From: a virus | Lineage: Duplodnaviria; Caudoviricetes | Virus record (IMG/VR): IMGVR_UViG_3300025652_000066 | Span: 1-62,640 of that record | DNA: 62,640 nucleotides | Reading direction: 5' to 3' (one strand) | Notes under the pieces: model-generated | The model's input: the letters and a program-made list of their open reading frames with translations, nothing else | What the model was told of the DNA's origin: nothing | The model's database searches: none | Position numbers and translations under genes: made by a program | In this document: positions 58,885 through 62,640 of the stretch, in pieces | Layout: each line of letters starts with the position of its first letter | Numbering within the stretch: position 1 is the first letter of the stretch

Positions 58885-59619
58885 ATGGCTACACAAATCA
58901 ATGCCGGTTCCTTCTCACGCATGTCTGTCTATGCAGAATGCCCTCAACGTGCAAAATTACAGTATGTAGATAAGATCAAGGAGATGGAGCGACCTGCTCC
59001 ACCTCCTGGTCAAGAGCATGCTAACGATAGAGGATCACGAGTTCATGACGAAGCAGAAAAATATGTCAAAGACGAACGCGACGACCTTGTCATGGAATTG
59101 CTCAATTTCAAAGACGAACTGGAACACCTTAAATCCCTTTATACAGATGGAGTGGTCGAAACCGAACAACTATGGACGTTCGACGATACTTGGACGCCGT
59201 CTGATCCAGATGATTATCCCAACATCTGGCTACGAGTCATCTGCGACGGGTTGGTATTTCTCGATGATGAAACAGCTGTGGTTATTGATTATAAGACAGG
59301 CAAAAGAGTCAGAAACGAAGTAAAGCACGCACAACAAGGGCAGCTCTACATGCTGTCCACCTTCATTCGTTATCCAAAGTTACAAACAATCACCGTTGAG
59401 TTCTGGTATTTAGACCAGGATGAAATGTATCAAATGACCTATACCCGAGAACAAGGTATGCGGTTCTTCAAATTATGGAACGACAAGATGTTAAAAATGA
59501 CATCTGACGTGACCTTTGAAGCTAAACCTTCTACGTATACCTGTAGATTCTGCCCTTTCCAAGATGGCAAGAACAAGTGGCTCACCGGTACAGGTGACTG
59601 CACCAGAAACCCGACGTGA
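58885..59619 (+). CDS. PD-(D/E)XK exonuclease, RecB/Cas4-like
   Basis: SFSR...CP, RGS.VH, D...IDYKTGK, Q.QLY, C.FCPF...C. Confidence 0.85.
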   Translation: MATQINAGSFSRMSVYAECPQRAKLQYVDKIKEMERPAPPPGQEHANDRGSRVHDEAEKYVKDERDDLVMELLNFKDELEHLKSLYTDGVVETEQLWTFDDTWTPSDPDDYPNIWLRVICDGLVFLDDETAVVIDYKTGKRVRNEVKHAQQGQLYMLSTFIRYPKLQTITVEFWYLDQDEMYQMTYTREQGMRFFKLWNDKMLKMTSDVTFEAKPSTYTCRFCPFQDGKNKWLTGTGDCTRNPT

Positions 59620-59644
59620 GTTAGACAGCACACGTCACCTTTGA

Positions 59645-59676
59645 CCCACTTGCGCTACGTAGGTGGGTATTTTTTC
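59645..59676 (+). terminator. intrinsic terminator
   Basis: ACCCACTTGCG-CTA-CGTAGGTGGGT-ATTTTTT. Confidence 0.75.
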
Positions 59677-59697
59677 GCATAAAATATAGGAAGTATT

Positions 59698-60012
59698 ATG
59701 CTTACCGAAAATGAAGAACACGCCCTAGCACAACACAAAGCCGACGTACTACGCCGCTTCACAACCACTATGGCCTCATACTCTGATGACGGTGAAAAAC
59801 CAGAAGAGAACACCGAAAGTGTTTACGCCATTGATGGATTTTCCGATACCTACTTTTCTATCGACGCAGCCGTGAAAGAAGCCAGCGACAGTGCCGAAGC
59901 ACACGTGGCGCATACAGGTCAATCACACACCTTCACAGTATGGCGCAAGGTAAAAACAGTCACCGCAATACCTAAATCGCTCGCAGATATAAAGGTGGAA
60001 TCCCATGGCTAA
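59698..60012 (+). CDS. hypothetical protein
   Basis: AGGA RBS within AATAT-AGGAA-GTATT. Confidence 0.6.
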   Translation: MLTENEEHALAQHKADVLRRFTTTMASYSDDGEKPEENTESVYAIDGFSDTYFSIDAAVKEASDSAEAHVAHTGQSHTFTVWRKVKTVTAIPKSLADIKVESHG

Positions 60013-60310
60013 AAATGCAGCAAAACAAGTTTTACAAGCGAAGATGAAACGCCTCTTGGAAGCTGAATCGCCCCGTGAACTAGCTCATACATTAGGCGTC
60101 CATGAGCGCACGATTATCAACTGGACACAAGGGCGCGTGCTACCACAGCAACACTCACAACGACGTATAGACGAAGCGCTAATAAAGAGCTTCAACAAAG
60201 AGCGAACGTTCTTCGCATTACATGCACCCGCACTTCTCTTATCACTCTTAGGTCTAGCCATCGTGCTAGGCGCTTATTTACATAACAACACAACACTACA
60301 ACTGTTTTAG
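60005..60310 (+). CDS. HTH (XRE/Cro-like) protein with C-terminal TM helix
   Basis: SPRELAHTLGVHERTIINWTQGRVLP; hydrophobic tail. Confidence 0.65.
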   Translation: MAKNAAKQVLQAKMKRLLEAESPRELAHTLGVHERTIINWTQGRVLPQQHSQRRIDEALIKSFNKERTFFALHAPALLLSLLGLAIVLGAYLHNNTTLQLF

Positions 60311-60364
60311 TACTAGGTGGGGGCAATCTGCTCCCACTCTTTTAATAAATAAAGGAAGTTTATT

Positions 60365-61339
60365 ATGAAAGCATCACACCTTATCGAGTCAATCAAATTA
60401 TTACTAGAGTACAACCTCGTACCCTACGTTCAAGGTCAACCAGGTTTAGGCAAATCCTCTGTCTTCAAGCAAGTAGCTGAAGATTTAGGCGTAGAAATTA
60501 TAGATTTCCGCCCTGCATTACATGGCGTAGAAGATCTCATTGGCCTACCTAACTTCTCATCTGACAAATTATTCAGCTCATTCGCAACCCCTAATTGGTT
60601 ACCAAAAAGCGGCAAAGGTATCTTCTTCATCGATGAGTTACCACAAGCAATGCCAGGTATGATGGCTGCGTTGTCACAGTTCATCTTAGATAGAAAGATT
60701 GGTAACTACACATTGCCTAAAGGCTGGATGATTGCCTCAGCAGGTAACCGTACCTCCGATCGCGCAGCCACACATAAACGTCCATCACACATCAATGACC
60801 GCCTAGTCATACTCGATATGGAATTCTCGTCTGTTGATTTTGATGAGTTCTGTCGAGTCAATGACGTACCGACAGTCGTTCGTGCTTTTGCTAAGTTCAA
60901 CCCTAAAGCATTGCAATCATTCGATGCGTCTTTAGAAATCAACTGCACACCACGTTCAATGATAATGGCAGGCAAATTGATTGATGCCCCTGCCCATCTA
61001 ATGCATGAACTATTAACCGGTACGATTGGCGAAGGCGTCGCTGCTGAGTTTCGTGGTTACATGAAAATCTGGAACGAGCTTCCTGATTTAGACTTAATCT
61101 TAAAATCACCTACGTCAGTCGCAGTCTCTGATAAGCCTGATATCCAATATGGGGTATCAACGTTGTTATCAGCGAACGCATCGGTTGAGAACTTTGGCAA
61201 AATGCTGCAGTACATGTCTCGCATGCCTGGTGAGTTCACAGCAGCGTTTGTGAAAGACGCACTACGAACAGATCCAGAAATCTTAGACACCCCTGAACTA
61301 GAAAGCTACTTGAAGGTCAACGCATCAATATTAGTATAA
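60365..61339 (+). CDS. MoxR-type AAA+ ATPase
   Basis: GQPGLGKS, FFIDEL, AGNR, TPRS. Confidence 0.85.
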   Translation: MKASHLIESIKLLLEYNLVPYVQGQPGLGKSSVFKQVAEDLGVEIIDFRPALHGVEDLIGLPNFSSDKLFSSFATPNWLPKSGKGIFFIDELPQAMPGMMAALSQFILDRKIGNYTLPKGWMIASAGNRTSDRAATHKRPSHINDRLVILDMEFSSVDFDEFCRVNDVPTVVRAFAKFNPKALQSFDASLEINCTPRSMIMAGKLIDAPAHLMHELLTGTIGEGVAAEFRGYMKIWNELPDLDLILKSPTSVAVSDKPDIQYGVSTLLSANASVENFGKMLQYMSRMPGEFTAAFVKDALRTDPEILDTPELESYLKVNASILV

Positions 61340-61349
61340 GGAGCATCAC

Positions 61350-62504
61350 ATGTCAGAAGCACTAATACGAGCACGTACCAAGCTTGTCTTAACACACCCG
61401 TTCTTCGGGTGTTTGCTTTTGAGCTGCAAAATGACCGAGGACAATTCAGTCCCGACAGCAGCTACAGATGGCAAAGACTTATTTTACAACGCGAAGTTTA
61501 TCGCATCACTTAAACACGAAGAACTCATGGGCCTACTCGCACATGAAGTGGGACATAAAATGTTTATGCATATGTCTCGCAAAGGGCAACGTGACATGCG
61601 GATCTGGAACGTAGCCGCCGATTACGCCATCAATATTATCATTAAAGAAGCAGGCCTCATCCTACCGGCTGGCGCACGGTTTGATGCGCAATATGCCAAT
61701 ATGACGACGGAAGCTATTTATGACATCATCAAGCAGAAAGTTGACGACCAACGAGCTAAGAACGACGCTGGAGGTAATTCAGACGCACTCAGCCAAGCTC
61801 TTGATGACGGCGAAGACATACCCGATCATCTTAAGGAAGGCCAACAGCTCTCTGCTGCCGAGCAGTCAGAGCTTGAGGCTGATATCAAGACGCAAATCGC
61901 CCAAGCAGCTTCTATTGCAAAGCAAGCAGGCAAGCTCCCTGATTCTATTGCTCGTCTTGTCGCCAGCGTTTTAGAACCTAAAGTCGATTGGCGTAAACAG
62001 CTTCGTGAATTCGTTCTTGAAACAGCAAAGAGCGACTACACGTTTAAACGCCCTAGCCGTCGCCTAATGGCCCACGATTTATACATGCCTTCACTTACTG
62101 GTACAGAGATGCCTCCGTTCGCGTTGGCGTTTGATACCTCAGGAAGTATTTATGAAGACCAAAAAACCCTCGAAATCTTTGTCGCTGAAATTAACGGTGT
62201 CATCCAAGATTGTAGTCCTGCTTCGGTCACTGTCGTCTATGCAGACTCGAAAGTTGCTGGCTTCCAAGAACTTGAGCAAGACGAGGAGTTTGTCCCCGCG
62301 CTCAAAGGCGGCGGCGGAACTGCATTTAGCGCGACGTTCGATTGGTTGGAAGAGCACGAGACTGACTTCGCTGGGATCATATACTTTACCGACCTTGAAG
62401 TATCGGATTTCGGCTTCACCGACACACCGACCATGTGGGCCGTTCACGGTAACAGCTCACCACAAGACCCGCCATTCGGCACTGTAATTATACTGGAGGA
62501 TTAA
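61350..62504 (+). CDS. metallopeptidase-like + VWA domain protein (DUF2201-like)
   Basis: TAATDG, HEVGH, WNVAADYAIN, DTSGS (MIDAS), GGGGTAF, YFTD. Confidence 0.85.
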   Translation: MSEALIRARTKLVLTHPFFGCLLLSCKMTEDNSVPTAATDGKDLFYNAKFIASLKHEELMGLLAHEVGHKMFMHMSRKGQRDMRIWNVAADYAINIIIKEAGLILPAGARFDAQYANMTTEAIYDIIKQKVDDQRAKNDAGGNSDALSQALDDGEDIPDHLKEGQQLSAAEQSELEADIKTQIAQAASIAKQAGKLPDSIARLVASVLEPKVDWRKQLREFVLETAKSDYTFKRPSRRLMAHDLYMPSLTGTEMPPFALAFDTSGSIYEDQKTLEIFVAEINGVIQDCSPASVTVVYADSKVAGFQELEQDEEFVPALKGGGGTAFSATFDWLEEHETDFAGIIYFTDLEVSDFGFTDTPTMWAVHGNSSPQDPPFGTVIILED

Positions 62505-62616
62505 TATGCTAGCTAACAGCTTACAAAAACGTAGATAAAGCACTGACCAAAGCCATCAATGATTACCGAGACAGCTGGCTAGACGACCGTAATGGTTTTG
62601 AACTTAAGGAGATACC

Positions 62617-62640
62617 ATGAAATTAACAAACCAAATGAAA
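62617..62640 (+). CDS. start of next gene, truncated by window edge
   Basis: AAGGAG RBS + ATG AAA TTA ACA. Confidence 0.4.

Noticed and set aside
58885-59619. Cas4 as part of a CRISPR system
   Set aside because: Stand-alone phage PD-(D/E)XK exonuclease in a replication context.

Overview
This window is most of the genome of a temperate, short-tailed (podovirus-type) dsDNA phage in free, non-integrated form, probably infecting a Gram-negative host (spanins, CsrA homologues, attP matching a tRNA-Arg(CCT) 3' half). The + strand carries early, replication and recombination genes: the end of a family A DNA polymerase, an ATP-dependent ligase, a VRR-NUC-type nuclease, csrA-xis-int-attP, a primase/SF3 helicase, a PD-(D/E)XK exonuclease and a MoxR AAA + VWA/metallopeptidase pair. 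The - strand carries a ~43 kb late block: TerS, TerL, portal, scaffold, N4-gp56-like major capsid protein, adaptor, a 2415 aa internal virion protein, many fibre/appendage genes and lysis genes. The standout observation is an apparent phage-encoded CsrA/RsmA regulon. There are two intact csrA paralogues (one missing from the ORF track), and roughly 20 AGGA-loop hairpins, many with the core CAAGGATG, sit on ribosome-binding sites, start codons or leaders of packaging, capsid, virion and replication genes. One in the capsid leader matches the CsrA SELEX consensus exactly. Other notable structures: an array of six small M(L)KAxIKR paralogues joined by a repeated stop/start junction, a covarying multi-hairpin leader element repeated before early genes, several structured intergenic regions and a candidate replication origin. 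All functional calls come from reading motifs by eye; no searches or folding programs were run.
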